Part shown: positions 26,813-37,660 of the stretch, piece after piece | How positions within the stretch are numbered: the first letter of the stretch is position 1 | How the letters are laid out: each line of letters begins with the position of its first letter | From: Gemmatimonadales bacterium | Lineage (GTDB): Bacteria; Gemmatimonadota; Gemmatimonadetes; Gemmatimonadales; GWC2-71-9 | Direction of reading: 5' to 3' | NCBI GenBank assembly: GCA_041613315.1 | Contig: JBFJHJ010000002.1 | Coordinates: forward strand, 55,756-119,755 | DNA: 64,000 nucleotides | Notes under the pieces: model-generated | Databases searched by the model: none | Seen by the model: only the letters and a program-made list of their open reading frames with translations | Told to the model about the DNA's origin: nothing | Position numbers and translations under genes: made by a program

Positions 26813-28702
26813 TCAGCGATAGCCGGCCGCCTGGAGGTTGAACAGCTCTGAATACAGGCCGCCTGTGGCGAGGAGCTCCTCATGCGTTCCGTGCTCCAGC
26901 AGCCGCCCGGCCCGGAGTACGAGGATGCGGTCGGCCATGCGCACCGTCGAGAAGCGGTGCGAGATGACGACCGCGATCTTGCCGCGGGTGAGCTCGGTGA
27001 ACCGCAGGAACACCTCATACTCCGCGCGGGCATCCAGCGCGGCCGTGGGCTCGTCGAGGATCAGCACCTGGGCCTCGCGCATGTAGGCCCGGGCGAGCGC
27101 CACCTTCTGCCACTCGCCGCCAGACAGCTCGACGCCACCGTCGAACCGCCGGCCAAGCTGTTGGTCGAACCCCTGGGGGAGTCGCTCCGCCACGCGGTCG
27201 GCCATCCCGCGCCGCGCCGCCTCGCGAATTCGCATGTCGTTGCTCAGCTCCTCAATCTGTCCGACCGCGATATTCTCCTTGAATAGGAACGCGAATTGCA
27301 TGAAGTCCTGGAATATCACGCCGATGTGTGCCCAGAGCGTGTCGAGGTCGTAGTCGCGGAGGTCCACGCCGTCCAGGAGAATCCGCCCCTCGTCCGGGTC
27401 GTACAGCCGCGCGAGGAGTTTGACCAGGGTTGTCTTGCCGGCGCCGTTTTCGCCGACCAGCGCGACCGAGTGGTTCGGCGTGAGCGTGAAGCTCAGGTCC
27501 CGCACTGCCCAGGTGTCCGACCCCGGATACCGGAAGCTGACCCCTTCGAAGACGAACCCGTGCCGGATGGGGCGCGGGACCGCGACGGCTCCCGGTTTCG
27601 ACGCCACCCGCGGGGTGAGCTCGAAGAAGACGAAGAGATCGCGCAGGTACAGACTCTGCTCGTACACCTGCGACAGCGTCAGCAAGACGCGTTGGATCAG
27701 ATCCCGGCTCTGGCGAAACGAGCCCGCCAGGAACGTGAGCACGCCGATGGTGAAGGGGCCCGCCGGGCTCTGATGCCCGATCACGGTGAGGTAGATGATC
27801 ACGCCGTAGGCGCCGTAGTACCCCAGCGTGCCGACCGCCGCCAACACGCTCGCCACCGCGGCCCGCCGCGTCGAGAGCCGCCGGTTGGCCGCGTAAAATT
27901 CGTCCGCGAGCCTCGCATAGCGCCCGACGAGAAACGGCGACAGATGGAAGAGCTTCACCTCCTTCGCGGAGCCGTCGCTGGCGGCCGTGAAGCGCAGGTA
28001 ATCGAGCATCCGCCGCTCGGGCGTCCACTGGAACAACAGGCTGTAGCCGAGCGCCGCAAAATGCGTCTCTCCCAGGAACGACGGTATCACCGCGACCGCC
28101 AGGAGAAGCAGGAGCCACGGCACGTACAACATCAGGGCCGCGGCCAGCGAGATCAGCGTGATGAGGTCCTGGAGCGTGGCCAGCAGCTGCCCCAGCAGCC
28201 CGATGCGGCCCACCGTTTGCCGCCGCGCCCGTTCGAGATGATCGTACGTCTCGGCGTCCTCGAACTGCGCGACGTCGAGTCGCGCGGCGTGCTCCATGAG
28301 GCGGACCGACAGCCGGTTCGAGAACAGATCGCCCAGGAGACTCTCGAGCAGTGAGGACGCCCGGGCGAGGCCCTCTCCCGCCACGGCGATCGCGAGCTCG
28401 AGCACCACCAGGCCGCCGAGGTGCCGCCAGTCCACGGCCTGGTCGGCCCGGTAGTACACCTCGATGCTCTCGATGATGAGCTTGCCCACCCAGAGGAGCG
28501 CCAACGGCACCAGCGCGCGGACCATCCGCAGGCCGATGATCGCGACGGTGTACCCGCGGTGCGTGCGGTACACCATCCCGAGCAGCGGCGGGACGTACCG
28601 CAGGGCGGCGAGCCGCTCGCGCCAGGTCGGGACGTCCGGATCCGGCGTGAGGGCGCTCTGCGGCCGTCGGGGGATGCCGTGCGGAATAAACGGGGTACCC
28701 AC
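26813..28702 (-). CDS. ABC exporter (fused TMD-NBD)
   Basis: GENGAGKTT, LSGGEWQK, ILDEPT, SHR; N-terminal TM helices. Confidence 0.93.
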   Translation of the reverse strand: MGTPFIPHGIPRRPQSALTPDPDVPTWRERLAALRYVPPLLGMVYRTHRGYTVAIIGLRMVRALVPLALLWVGKLIIESIEVYYRADQAVDWRHLGGLVVLELAIAVAGEGLARASSLLESLLGDLFSNRLSVRLMEHAARLDVAQFEDAETYDHLERARRQTVGRIGLLGQLLATLQDLITLISLAAALMLYVPWLLLLLAVAVIPSFLGETHFAALGYSLLFQWTPERRMLDYLRFTAASDGSAKEVKLFHLSPFLVGRYARLADEFYAANRRLSTRRAAVASVLAAVGTLGYYGAYGVIIYLTVIGHQSPAGPFTIGVLTFLAGSFRQSRDLIQRVLLTLSQVYEQSLYLRDLFVFFELTPRVASKPGAVAVPRPIRHGFVFEGVSFRYPGSDTWAVRDLSFTLTPNHSVALVGENGAGKTTLVKLLARLYDPDEGRILLDGVDLRDYDLDTLWAHIGVIFQDFMQFAFLFKENIAVGQIEELSNDMRIREAARRGMADRVAERLPQGFDQQLGRRFDGGVELSGGEWQKVALARAYMREAQVLILDEPTAALDARAEYEVFLRFTELTRGKIAVVISHRFSTVRMADRILVLRAGRLLEHGTHEELLATGGLYSELFNLQAAGYR

Positions 28703-28758
28703 AGGCGAAAGTTAACACCGGCCTCGCCGCACCGTCTCACGTCCTACACCCCGACGAG

Positions 28759-30450
28759 GTGGCGGCAGTGCGACAGCTGACCTGGATCATCGTAGCCTGG
28801 TCGATGGCCGGACTCGGGAGCCCGCTCCGAGCCCAGTTGCCCGCGGACTCCGGGGAGCGGGCCCGCGCCATCCATGTGCTGCATCGGCTGGCGTACGGTC
28901 CCCGCCCGGCGGAGGTGGACCGGGTCGTGGCGATGGGGGTGGAGGCGTACATCGCCCAGCAGCTGGACCCCGCACGCATCGACGACGGCGTGCTCGAGGC
29001 GCGGCTCGCGGACTTCGTCGTTCTTCAGACGGACACGCGCACCCTGGCGGCGCTGCTCCGGGGGGCGCAGGACGAGCGCCGGGAGCAACAGCGCCAACAG
29101 CCAGACACCGGCGATGCTTCGCGGCGCCCGGACCGAACTCCGCCCGGCGCCAACGCCCGCACGCTCAGGCGCCGCTTGGGAGAGTTTCAGGCGGTAGCGG
29201 TCGTGCGGGCGGTGGTGTCGGAACGCCAGCTACATGAAGTGATGGTCGATTTCTGGACCAACCACTTCAATGTCTTTCTCGGCAAGGGACCCGAACGCGC
29301 TCTGATGCCGGGCTACATCGAGCGCACGATCCGGCCCCGCGCCCTCGGTCGGTTCGAAGATCTCTTGATCGCAACCGCCCAGAGCCCGGCCATGCTCGTC
29401 TACCTCGACAACGCGCAGTCGGTGCAGCCCGGCGCGACCCCGCCCCGGCTGGAACGGATGCGGGCCCGGCTCAGCCAGCCGCGCATGGGTGGCCGTCGGC
29501 CCGGGGGGCGCGGCGCCGAGATGCGCACCCGGGCGGACTCGATGCTTCGCCGCTTGGAGGATCGCGTCCCCAAAGGGCTGAACGAGAACTACGCCCGGGA
29601 GCTCCTCGAGCTCCACACGCTGGGCGTCGACGGCGGCTACACCCAGGACGACGTCCAGGGCGTCGCGCGGATCTTGACCGGCTGGAGCGTGGGCGACCCG
29701 TTCCGATCGCCCGAGTTCGTCTTCAACGACTGGGCCCACGATCGCACGGCGAAGACCGCGCTCGGCGTAGCGTTCCCGGCGGGTGGCGGAATGGAAGAAG
29801 GACTCGAGTTGCTCCGCATGCTGGCGAGCCACCCGTCCACGGCCCGGCACATGAGCCGGAAGCTCTGCGCGCGCTTCGTCAGCGACGACCCGCCACCGGG
29901 CTGCGTAGACACCGCCGCGGCGGCGTGGGAACGCAGCGACGGCGCGATCCGGGAAGTGCTCGCCGCGATTTTTCGTGCACCCGAGTTCTGGCCGCCCGAG
30001 TATCGCGACGTCAAAGTCAAGACGCCGCTCGAGTTCGTCGCCAGCGCCGTCCGGGCGGTGGGCGGCACCCCCGATGCCTCGCCCGCCCTCGCGCGAGTCG
30101 TGGCGCACCTCGGCCAGCCTCTCTACCTCGAGCCGGCGCCGACGGGTTACCCGGAGTCGCAGGAGTCATGGGTGAACGCCAGCGCGCTCCTCGAGCGGCT
30201 CAACATCGCCATGGCGCTCGGCGGACAGCGCCTCCCCGGCGTGAGCGTCGCGCTGGACCCCGTGATCCCTCGGCTCGACGATCCGGCCGCGCTGGCGGCG
30301 GCGGTGAACACGGCGGTGCTGGCCGGGCGGGGATCGCCCAGCACGCTGCGCGTCATCGCCGAGCGGGTCGCCGCCGTGCGTGATGCCGCACGCGCACACG
30401 CACTCGCCATCGGGCTCGCGCTGGGCAGCCCGGAATTCCAGCGCCAATAG
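28759..30450 (+). CDS. DUF1800 family protein
   Basis: HVLHRLAYGP, FWTNHFNV, PAMLVYLDN, NENYARELLELHTLG, SPEFQRQ. Confidence 0.92.
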   Translation: MAAVRQLTWIIVAWSMAGLGSPLRAQLPADSGERARAIHVLHRLAYGPRPAEVDRVVAMGVEAYIAQQLDPARIDDGVLEARLADFVVLQTDTRTLAALLRGAQDERREQQRQQPDTGDASRRPDRTPPGANARTLRRRLGEFQAVAVVRAVVSERQLHEVMVDFWTNHFNVFLGKGPERALMPGYIERTIRPRALGRFEDLLIATAQSPAMLVYLDNAQSVQPGATPPRLERMRARLSQPRMGGRRPGGRGAEMRTRADSMLRRLEDRVPKGLNENYARELLELHTLGVDGGYTQDDVQGVARILTGWSVGDPFRSPEFVFNDWAHDRTAKTALGVAFPAGGGMEEGLELLRMLASHPSTARHMSRKLCARFVSDDPPPGCVDTAAAAWERSDGAIREVLAAIFRAPEFWPPEYRDVKVKTPLEFVASAVRAVGGTPDASPALARVVAHLGQPLYLEPAPTGYPESQESWVNASALLERLNIAMALGGQRLPGVSVALDPVIPRLDDPAALAAAVNTAVLAGRGSPSTLRVIAERVAAVRDAARAHALAIGLALGSPEFQRQ

Positions 30451-30460
30451 GAGGGACCGT

Positions 30461-31732
30461 ATGGACACGCCGAGCATTGACCGACGGGTGTTCGTCAAAG
30501 CCGGTGGACTCGCGCTCGTGAGCCTCGGGCTGGACCCGCTCTTCGTGACCCGCGCGGCGTACGCGCTGAGGCGTGAGGGCGGCCCGGCCAACCGGAAGAA
30601 GACGCTGGTCTGCGTCTTCCAACGGGGGGCCGTCGATGGCCTCAACATGATCGTCCCGCACGGCGACGCGCATTACTACCGGGAGCGGCCGCGGATCGCC
30701 ATCCCTCGCCCCGGTGCGACGGACGGCGCCATCGACTTGGACGGTCACTTCGGGCTCCATCCCGCGCTCGGCCCGCTCGAGCCCTTCTATCGGTCCGGTG
30801 CGCTCGCCGTCATCCAAGCCGTGGGATCGCCCGACACGACGCGCAGCCACTTCGACGCGCAGGATTACATGGAGACCGGGACGCCGGGGGTGAAGTCCAC
30901 GCGCGACGGTTGGTTGAACCGGCATCTGGCCCACTCGGCGGAGCATCGGGAAACCCCGTTCCGCGGGGTAGCCGTCGGACCGCGACTCCCCCGCGCTCTT
31001 CGCGGCGCCTCACCGGCCCTCGCCATCGAGGACCTCAGGGCGTTCGGGCTCCGAGGCGGCGATCAGGCACGGGACCGGCTCACGGCGGCTTTCGAGGAAT
31101 TGTACGCCGGCGCCTCCACCGGCCTGGTGGCGTCGTCGTCGGAGGAGGCGTTCGAGGCGCTGCGGCTGCTGAAGCGGATCGATCCGAAGGCGTACGCGCC
31201 GGCGTTCGGTGCGGAGTATCCCACGACGCCGTTCGGCCGCTCCATGCAGCAGATCGCCCAGCTCATCAAGGCCGATCTCGGTGTCGAGATCGCGTTCGCC
31301 GACGTGAGCGGCTGGGACACCCATGTGAATCAGGGGGCGAGCAGCGGGCAGCTCGCGACGCGGCTCGCCGACCTCGGACGTACCCTCGCGGCCTTCGCGC
31401 AGGATCTCGGCGAGCGGCTGGCGAATGTCGTGGTCCTCACGATGAGCGAGTTCGGACGGACCGTGGCCGAGAACGGGAATCGGGGGACGGACCACGGACG
31501 AGCCACGGCGATGATGGTCCTGGGAGGCGGCACGCGCGGCGGGCGCGTCCTGGGCCGCTGGCCGACGCTCGACCCCGGTCGGCGGTTCGAGGGTCGAGAC
31601 CTGGCGGTCACGACCGACTTCCGAGACCTCTTCGGTGAAGTGTTGGTGCGCCACCTGGGAACGACGACACTGGGGGCGGTCTTCCCCGGCCACACCGCTG
31701 ATGTCGAGCGCTGGGTGGGCGTGATGGGATGA
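30461..31732 (+). CDS. DUF1501 family protein (Tat signal)
   Basis: DRRVFVK; RGAVDGL, RSHFDAQ, GWDTH, SEFGRT..EN..GTDHG. Confidence 0.92.
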   Translation: MDTPSIDRRVFVKAGGLALVSLGLDPLFVTRAAYALRREGGPANRKKTLVCVFQRGAVDGLNMIVPHGDAHYYRERPRIAIPRPGATDGAIDLDGHFGLHPALGPLEPFYRSGALAVIQAVGSPDTTRSHFDAQDYMETGTPGVKSTRDGWLNRHLAHSAEHRETPFRGVAVGPRLPRALRGASPALAIEDLRAFGLRGGDQARDRLTAAFEELYAGASTGLVASSSEEAFEALRLLKRIDPKAYAPAFGAEYPTTPFGRSMQQIAQLIKADLGVEIAFADVSGWDTHVNQGASSGQLATRLADLGRTLAAFAQDLGERLANVVVLTMSEFGRTVAENGNRGTDHGRATAMMVLGGGTRGGRVLGRWPTLDPGRRFEGRDLAVTTDFRDLFGEVLVRHLGTTTLGAVFPGHTADVERWVGVMG

Positions 31733-31921
31733 TCGCCGCCAAGCGCGGAGCGAGGGCGCCGGGCCAGGGCGGTCCCCCCTCTTTCCGCGCGACACCGGCG
31801 CCCATTGTGGGCGGCGACGCCGGCATGCTTCCGACGAACGCGGCGATGTCGTGGCAGCACGCGCATCGCCGCGGTTATTATGAGGCATGCTCCACCGAGT
31901 GGTCAGTCGCACCGAGGGCCG

Positions 31922-32635
31922 GTGAATCTCGACTCCAGCGTCGCGATCGTTACCGGTGCGACCGAGGGCATCGGCCGCGCCATCACGTTCGCCCTGGGAC
32001 GACGGGGGGCACGGCTGGCGGTGTGTGCGCGCACCGTACAGCACCTCGAAGCGCTGCGGGTGTCGCTCGACGCGGAGGGGATCACCGCGGCGGCGCGGCC
32101 GTGCGACGTGGCCGACGAGGCGAGCGTTGCCGCGTTCGTCGGATTCGCGCGGGACCAGTTCGGGGACCCGGACGTCCTCGTGAACAACGCCGGGGTTGGG
32201 CACGTCGCGCCCGTGGTGGAGATGCCCGTTGAGCGCTTCGATGAGACGATGGCGGTCAACGTCCGGGGCGTGTTCCTGATGACGCGCGCGGTTCTCCCGG
32301 CCATGATCCGCCGAGGTCGGGGCCACATCGTGAACATCGCGAGCCTCGCGGGCCGGAACCCCGTGCCGCGCGCGGCGGCCTACGCCGCCTCCAAGCACGC
32401 CGTCCTCGGCTTCTCCAAGTCCCTCCTCATGGAAGTGCGGGAGCACGGCATCCGGGTGCTGGCGGTGTGCCCGGGGTCGGTCGTGACCCCGTTCTTCGCG
32501 AAGGCCGGGATGCCTCTGGATCACCCTGAGCGGAAGCTCCAGCCGGAGGACATCGCGGCCGCCGTCGTGGCGGCCCTCGAGCTGCCGGACCGGGCCCTCG
32601 TCTCGGAACTCGACATCCGACCGACCACCCCCTGA
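31922..32635 (+). CDS. SDR family oxidoreductase
   Basis: TGATEGIG, NNAG, YAASK. Confidence 0.92.
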   Translation: MNLDSSVAIVTGATEGIGRAITFALGRRGARLAVCARTVQHLEALRVSLDAEGITAAARPCDVADEASVAAFVGFARDQFGDPDVLVNNAGVGHVAPVVEMPVERFDETMAVNVRGVFLMTRAVLPAMIRRGRGHIVNIASLAGRNPVPRAAAYAASKHAVLGFSKSLLMEVREHGIRVLAVCPGSVVTPFFAKAGMPLDHPERKLQPEDIAAAVVAALELPDRALVSELDIRPTTP

Positions 32636-32711
32636 TCCGAAGGCGCGGTGCGTCACTGTTCACCCGGGCCGCGGCTGGCATATTAGCCGGCGGCCCCGAG
32701 CCGGCCGAGCA

Positions 32712-34655
32712 GTGGCAGGCGCCCGCAACGCCTTACGGGAGAACGCTTTGACGCGCAACGGGGACCCCGGCGTCGCGCTCGCGCACGCCGCGGTGACCTC
32801 GCACGATGCGAGGGAGTTTTGGACGGCCGTGACCAAGGTCCTGAGCGACTGGGCGGACGGCGCGTACATCCGTATCAGTTATGCCGGTCGGGGGGACACC
32901 GGCACCGTCGAGGGCGGTCCGCGATTCCGGGCGGCGCTTCCGGTCGAACACCAGTGGCAGGACCAGGACGGTCGGACCGTCCGGGTGGCGGTTGTGACGG
33001 AGGGCACATTACCGGCCCAGCCGCCTCTGGGTCGCCTCGTCGAGATCGCGGCATCGTTGGCCACGCTTGTCGGGCGCCGCGCGGTGCTCGAGCGGGAGCG
33101 CCGGCTCACCAGCTTCCTTGTCGAGTTGTCGCGGTGGATGCTCATGTCCGCGACCGACCCGCAGATCCTCCTTCGCTACACGCTGCAGAGCGTGATGAAG
33201 TTGATTGGCGCGGACGGCGCGATGACGCTGGTGCGGCCGCCGGGAACGACGGGCCTCCAGATCCGCGGGATGGTCGGCAGCGCGACGCCGCTCGAGGAGG
33301 CTATGGACAGCGGGATTGCCGATGCCTGCGTCCGCGTCCTGGAGAATGGCCAGCCTATTCTGGTGAACGATCCGGAGGGCGATCCTGACTTGGCGCGTTC
33401 CACGATGCTGCGCGAATGGCTGCGGGCCGCCATGATGGTGCCGCTCAAGTCCACCACCGGCAACGTGGGCGTCCTGTGCGCGTTCCGCTCGGCCAAGTAC
33501 CACACCGCCACCGAGTTCTCGCTGGATGACCTGAGCTATCTCGACGCCGTGGCCGCGCACATCGCGAGCGGGATCGAGCTGGCCGAGGCGATCCGCACGG
33601 CGCAGGTGGCGGCCCGCCGGGCGCACGCGATGGTGGACAGCAGCCCCTTGCCGCTCGCCTTGCTCACGGGAGGCGGCGACGTGGGCCACGTGAACGACGC
33701 GTTTGTCACCCTGCTCGGACTCGACGCCGGAGACGCCGCCGTTGGCCGCCGGTTCGACACGCTCCCCCTCAAGCCGGCGGGCGGCACGGTGGCGCAGCTC
33801 CTGAAAGCGGCGCGCCGCACCGACACGTGGGAGGGTCCGATTATCGTGGAGCGCAACGGGGAGCGCCGGACCTGTGACGGCGTGATCACCCGACTCGACG
33901 AGACCGAGGCCGGGGAGCTCCTCCTCGCGCTCTACGACCGGACCGACGAGTTGCGGGCTCAGCGCGAGCTCGTCGCGCGGGAGAAGCTGGCGACGATCGG
34001 CGAGCTAGCGAGCGGCGTCGCCCACGAGGTCAACAATCCCCTCGCGGCGATCCGCATGGAGGCGGAGCTGTTGGGTCAGGCGGCGGAGCGTCCCGAGACC
34101 CGGGACGCGGTCGCGGTCATCCTCAAGGAAGTCGACCGTGCCGCCGGGATCGCCCGCAGCCTGCTGCACCTGACCCGACGGTCGGGCACCACGCCCGATT
34201 ACATCCACGTAAACGAGCTCCTCCAGGACGTCGTCGAGATTCGTTCGCGCGTGGCGCGCTCCGAGGGCATCACCATCGACGCCGACCTCGATCCCGAAGT
34301 GCCGTCGCTCCGCGTGCCCGCCGCCGATCTCCAGCAAGTGCTCATCAACCTGGTGACCAACGCAGAGCACGCGGTCCACGGCCGCGACAACGCGCGCATC
34401 GAAGTGCGGTCGCGCTTCGAGCAGGACGTCATACGGATCTCCGTGTCGGATTCCGGGCCGGGGGTGGAACCGGCGATCCGCAGCCGCATCTTCGATCCCT
34501 TCTTCACGACCAAAGATCCCGACGAAGGCAGCGGGCTGGGTCTCGCCCTCAGCCGGAGCATCGTGAGCGACCTGGGGGGCCGGATCTGGGTGGAGGATGC
34601 GCCGCTGGGCGGGGCGGCCTTCCACGTCGAACTCCCGCTGGCACACGGCGCCTGA
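32712..34655 (+). CDS. Cytoplasmic GAF-PAS sensor histidine kinase
   Basis: GVAHEVNNP H-box, NLVTNA, DSGPG, FFTTK, GSGLGL. Start uncertain. Confidence 0.88.
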   Translation: MAGARNALRENALTRNGDPGVALAHAAVTSHDAREFWTAVTKVLSDWADGAYIRISYAGRGDTGTVEGGPRFRAALPVEHQWQDQDGRTVRVAVVTEGTLPAQPPLGRLVEIAASLATLVGRRAVLERERRLTSFLVELSRWMLMSATDPQILLRYTLQSVMKLIGADGAMTLVRPPGTTGLQIRGMVGSATPLEEAMDSGIADACVRVLENGQPILVNDPEGDPDLARSTMLREWLRAAMMVPLKSTTGNVGVLCAFRSAKYHTATEFSLDDLSYLDAVAAHIASGIELAEAIRTAQVAARRAHAMVDSSPLPLALLTGGGDVGHVNDAFVTLLGLDAGDAAVGRRFDTLPLKPAGGTVAQLLKAARRTDTWEGPIIVERNGERRTCDGVITRLDETEAGELLLALYDRTDELRAQRELVAREKLATIGELASGVAHEVNNPLAAIRMEAELLGQAAERPETRDAVAVILKEVDRAAGIARSLLHLTRRSGTTPDYIHVNELLQDVVEIRSRVARSEGITIDADLDPEVPSLRVPAADLQQVLINLVTNAEHAVHGRDNARIEVRSRFEQDVIRISVSDSGPGVEPAIRSRIFDPFFTTKDPDEGSGLGLALSRSIVSDLGGRIWVEDAPLGGAAFHVELPLAHGA

Positions 34656-34850
34656 CGCCGGCGCCACCACCGCAGACGATATTTCCGCACGTCCACCCAC
34701 CGCGATGGCCTAGCGCGGACCACAGCGCGCACGAACCGGAGCGAGCACAGCGTGTTATTATAGTCCCGCCCCGGCACGGCGCTCCGTCGGCGCGGGCGGC
34801 GGCTGGAACCCGCACGGGGCGGCCGTAGTTCTCTTGCCGAGAGGAGCCAC

Positions 34851-35639
34851 GTGATTTTTCGCGAGGACCTGCTGCGGGGTCAGGTCGCCCTGGTGACGGG
34901 CGGCGGCACGGGCATCGGACTCGGGATCGCCACGGAACTGGCGCGGGCGGGCGCCGACGTGGCGATCGCCAGCCGCAAGCCAGAGCACGTGGAGCCCGCG
35001 GCGGAGGGGTTGCGCGCGTTCGGCGGACGCGCGCTCGCGATCGAAGGGAACGTCCGCGATCCCGACTCGGTGACGGCGCTGGTCACCCGCGCCCGTGACG
35101 AGCTGGGTCGGCTCGATATCCTGGTGAACAACGCCGCCGGCAATTTCTACGCGCCATCGGCGGAGCTATCGCCCAACGGGTGGCGCGCCGTCGTGGAGAC
35201 CGATCTCTACGGCACGTTCTTCTGCTGCCAGGCCGCGCACGCCGTGATGGCTCGGCAGGGCGGTGGCCGCATCATCTCGATTTCCATGACGCTGCACTAT
35301 CGCGGATGGCCGCAGATGGCGCACGCCACGGCGGCCAAGGCCGGCATCGACGCGCTGACCCGCACGCTGGCGCTCGAGTGGGCGCGCGACAAGATCACGG
35401 TCAACGCCGTCGCCCCGGGGCCCATTCCCACGGAGGGCGTCCGCAAGGCGTTTGCCGCGACCGGCGCCGGTGACGCGGTCGAGTTGGACGAACGCATGAA
35501 GCGGCACATCCCACTGGGACGCTGGGGTGCTCCGGAAGACATCGGTCACATGGTCGTCTACCTCGCGAGCCCCGCCGGCGCGTGGATCACGGGCGCCATC
35601 TTCGTGGTGGATGGCGGGAGCTGGCTCGCCCGTACGTGA
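34851..35639 (+). CDS. SDR oxidoreductase, 2,4-dienoyl-CoA reductase-like
   Basis: TGGGTGIG, NNAAGNF, LSPNGW, HATAAK (His in place of the catalytic Tyr), PGPI. Confidence 0.88.
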   Translation: MIFREDLLRGQVALVTGGGTGIGLGIATELARAGADVAIASRKPEHVEPAAEGLRAFGGRALAIEGNVRDPDSVTALVTRARDELGRLDILVNNAAGNFYAPSAELSPNGWRAVVETDLYGTFFCCQAAHAVMARQGGGRIISISMTLHYRGWPQMAHATAAKAGIDALTRTLALEWARDKITVNAVAPGPIPTEGVRKAFAATGAGDAVELDERMKRHIPLGRWGAPEDIGHMVVYLASPAGAWITGAIFVVDGGSWLART

Positions 35640-36124
35640 CGGCCACGCCCGATTCCGAACGCCGACGCTTCGCCCTGATGTCCGACGCCGAGCGCACCCG
35701 CCTCGAAGCTGAGTGGAATCGCCATCCGGGGGTGCAGCACCTCGGGGTCCGGTTGGATCTCTCCACACCGGGGGCGGTGCGTGCCGTTGTGGAACCGGTG
35801 CGGCCCGAGCACCGCGGCGGGCTCGGAACGGACGCGGTGAACGGCGTGACGATTGCGGGTGTCTTCGACCTGGCGATCGGGTTGTGCGGGCTGCTGGAGA
35901 CGCGTGCGGCCGGCCGGCGGAGCGGCGTCGCTCAACTCCACGTCCACTTCCTCCGTCCGGTCGAGGGCGAGCGGTTCGAGGTCGTCGCCCGGCCGGTGCG
36001 CGTGGGGAGGACCCTGATCTTCGCGACCGCAGAGCTGCTGGACGAGCGGGGCGTGATATGCGCCAGGAGCGACGGTATCGTAGCGGCGGTGGGCGGCGAG
36101 CCAGGCATGGGGCCCGCATTCTGA
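35636..36124 (+). CDS. PaaI-family hot-dog thioesterase
   Basis: GTGA overlap; VNGVTIAGVFD, LHVHFLRP, GRTLIF. Confidence 0.82.
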   Translation: MTATPDSERRRFALMSDAERTRLEAEWNRHPGVQHLGVRLDLSTPGAVRAVVEPVRPEHRGGLGTDAVNGVTIAGVFDLAIGLCGLLETRAAGRRSGVAQLHVHFLRPVEGERFEVVARPVRVGRTLIFATAELLDERGVICARSDGIVAAVGGEPGMGPAF

Positions 36125-36125
36125 C

Positions 36126-37658
36126 GTGACGGTCCTGGCCCCGGCCCTCGTGGCGCTCCACCTGGCGGCATCGCTCGTGCTGGCCGCCTACGGCCTCCAC
36201 CGTGTGTTGCTCGCCTGGCGGTACGTGACCCATGTGTCACACCGACCACGGCACCCGCCGCACCCTCCCGACCCGCTGCCCAGCGTCACCGTGCAGCTGC
36301 CGCTCTACAACGAGCGCTACGTTGCGGAGCGGGCCGTGGCGGCCGCCGGCGCGCTCGAGTATCCGCGCAATCGGCTCGAGGTCCAGGTGCTGGACGACTC
36401 CACCGACGACACGACGGAGCATGTGGCACGCGCCGTGGCTCAACTGCGCGCGGCGGGTGTCCGAGCGGTCCATGTGCGGCGCCAATGCCGCGCGGGGTAC
36501 AAGGCTGGAGCCCTCGCGCACGGCTTGACCCGCGCGAGCGGCACGTTGATCGCCATCTTCGACGCGGACTTCGTCCCGCCGTCCGATTTCCTGCTTCGCC
36601 TCGTCGGCGAGTTTTGCGATCCGTCGGTGGGCATGGTCCAGGCCCGGTGGGATCACCTCAATGCCGACACGTCGATCCTCACGCGAGCCCAGGCGCTCCA
36701 ACTGGACGCCCACTTCGCCGTGGAGCACGGCGTGCGCGAAGCGCGCGGCTGTTACCTCAACTTCAACGGCACCGCGGGCATCTGGCGGCGCGAGGCGATC
36801 GAGGCGGCCGGCGGGTGGCACGCCGACACGTTGACCGAGGACCTCGATCTGTCGTATCGGGCTCAGCTCGCCGGGTGGCGCTTCGTGTACCGCGATGACG
36901 TCGCGGCGCCGGCGGAGCTCCCGGCGGAAGTGACGGCGTACCGCATCCAGCAGCAACGCTGGGCACAGGGTGGCGTACAGACCGCTCGGAAGATGCTCCC
37001 CGTGCTGTGGCGGGCGCCGATCGGATGGCGGGTGAAGTGCGAGGCCTTCTGGCACCTCACGGCACATCTCACGTATCCTCTGCTGCTGGTGCTGGCCGTT
37101 GCGGGGCTCGCCGCCGGGTGGGTGGCCGGTCCGCTCTACCGCGAGTGGCTGCTACTGGCCGACGGCGGACTCCTGGGGTTCGCCACCGCGGCACTCGGTG
37201 TGTTCTACGGCGTCGCCGCCCGCGCCAGGGATCCGGCCCGGTGGCCGCGCCGGCTGGCACTCGTGCCGGTCATCATGATCCTCGGGGCCGGGATCGCGCT
37301 GGGGCAGTCCCTGGCGGTGCTCCGCGGACTCGGCCGGCGCGACACGCCGTTCCAACGGACCCCCAAGTACCGACTGCGAGGTGACGACAGCCGCTCCTGG
37401 CACGGCGCGGCGTACCGTCTCCGTGACGGGCGGGCCGCGGTCGTGGAGCTGGCGCTCGGTGCGGGCACGCTCGCAGTGGCGAGCGGCGCGATCTTCGCCC
37501 GGCTTGCCGTCCCCAGCGGCCCGGCGTTCATCTGTGCCGTCGGCTGGCTGGCGGTGGGCGGGTGGGCGCTCCTCCAGCGCCGGGGCGCCGCGCCGCCCCG
37601 TGTCCACTCGGCCGTCGGTCCCCAATCCCTCAGCGCCCCTGAACGGGAGGTCGCTTAG
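36126..37658 (+). CDS. GT2 membrane glycosyltransferase (cellulose synthase-like)
   Basis: QLPLYNE, DDSTD, YKAGAL, FDADF, TEDLD, QQQRW. Confidence 0.92.
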   Translation: MTVLAPALVALHLAASLVLAAYGLHRVLLAWRYVTHVSHRPRHPPHPPDPLPSVTVQLPLYNERYVAERAVAAAGALEYPRNRLEVQVLDDSTDDTTEHVARAVAQLRAAGVRAVHVRRQCRAGYKAGALAHGLTRASGTLIAIFDADFVPPSDFLLRLVGEFCDPSVGMVQARWDHLNADTSILTRAQALQLDAHFAVEHGVREARGCYLNFNGTAGIWRREAIEAAGGWHADTLTEDLDLSYRAQLAGWRFVYRDDVAAPAELPAEVTAYRIQQQRWAQGGVQTARKMLPVLWRAPIGWRVKCEAFWHLTAHLTYPLLLVLAVAGLAAGWVAGPLYREWLLLADGGLLGFATAALGVFYGVAARARDPARWPRRLALVPVIMILGAGIALGQSLAVLRGLGRRDTPFQRTPKYRLRGDDSRSWHGAAYRLRDGRAAVVELALGAGTLAVASGAIFARLAVPSGPAFICAVGWLAVGGWALLQRRGAAPPRVHSAVGPQSLSAPEREVA

Positions 37659-37660
37659 CC

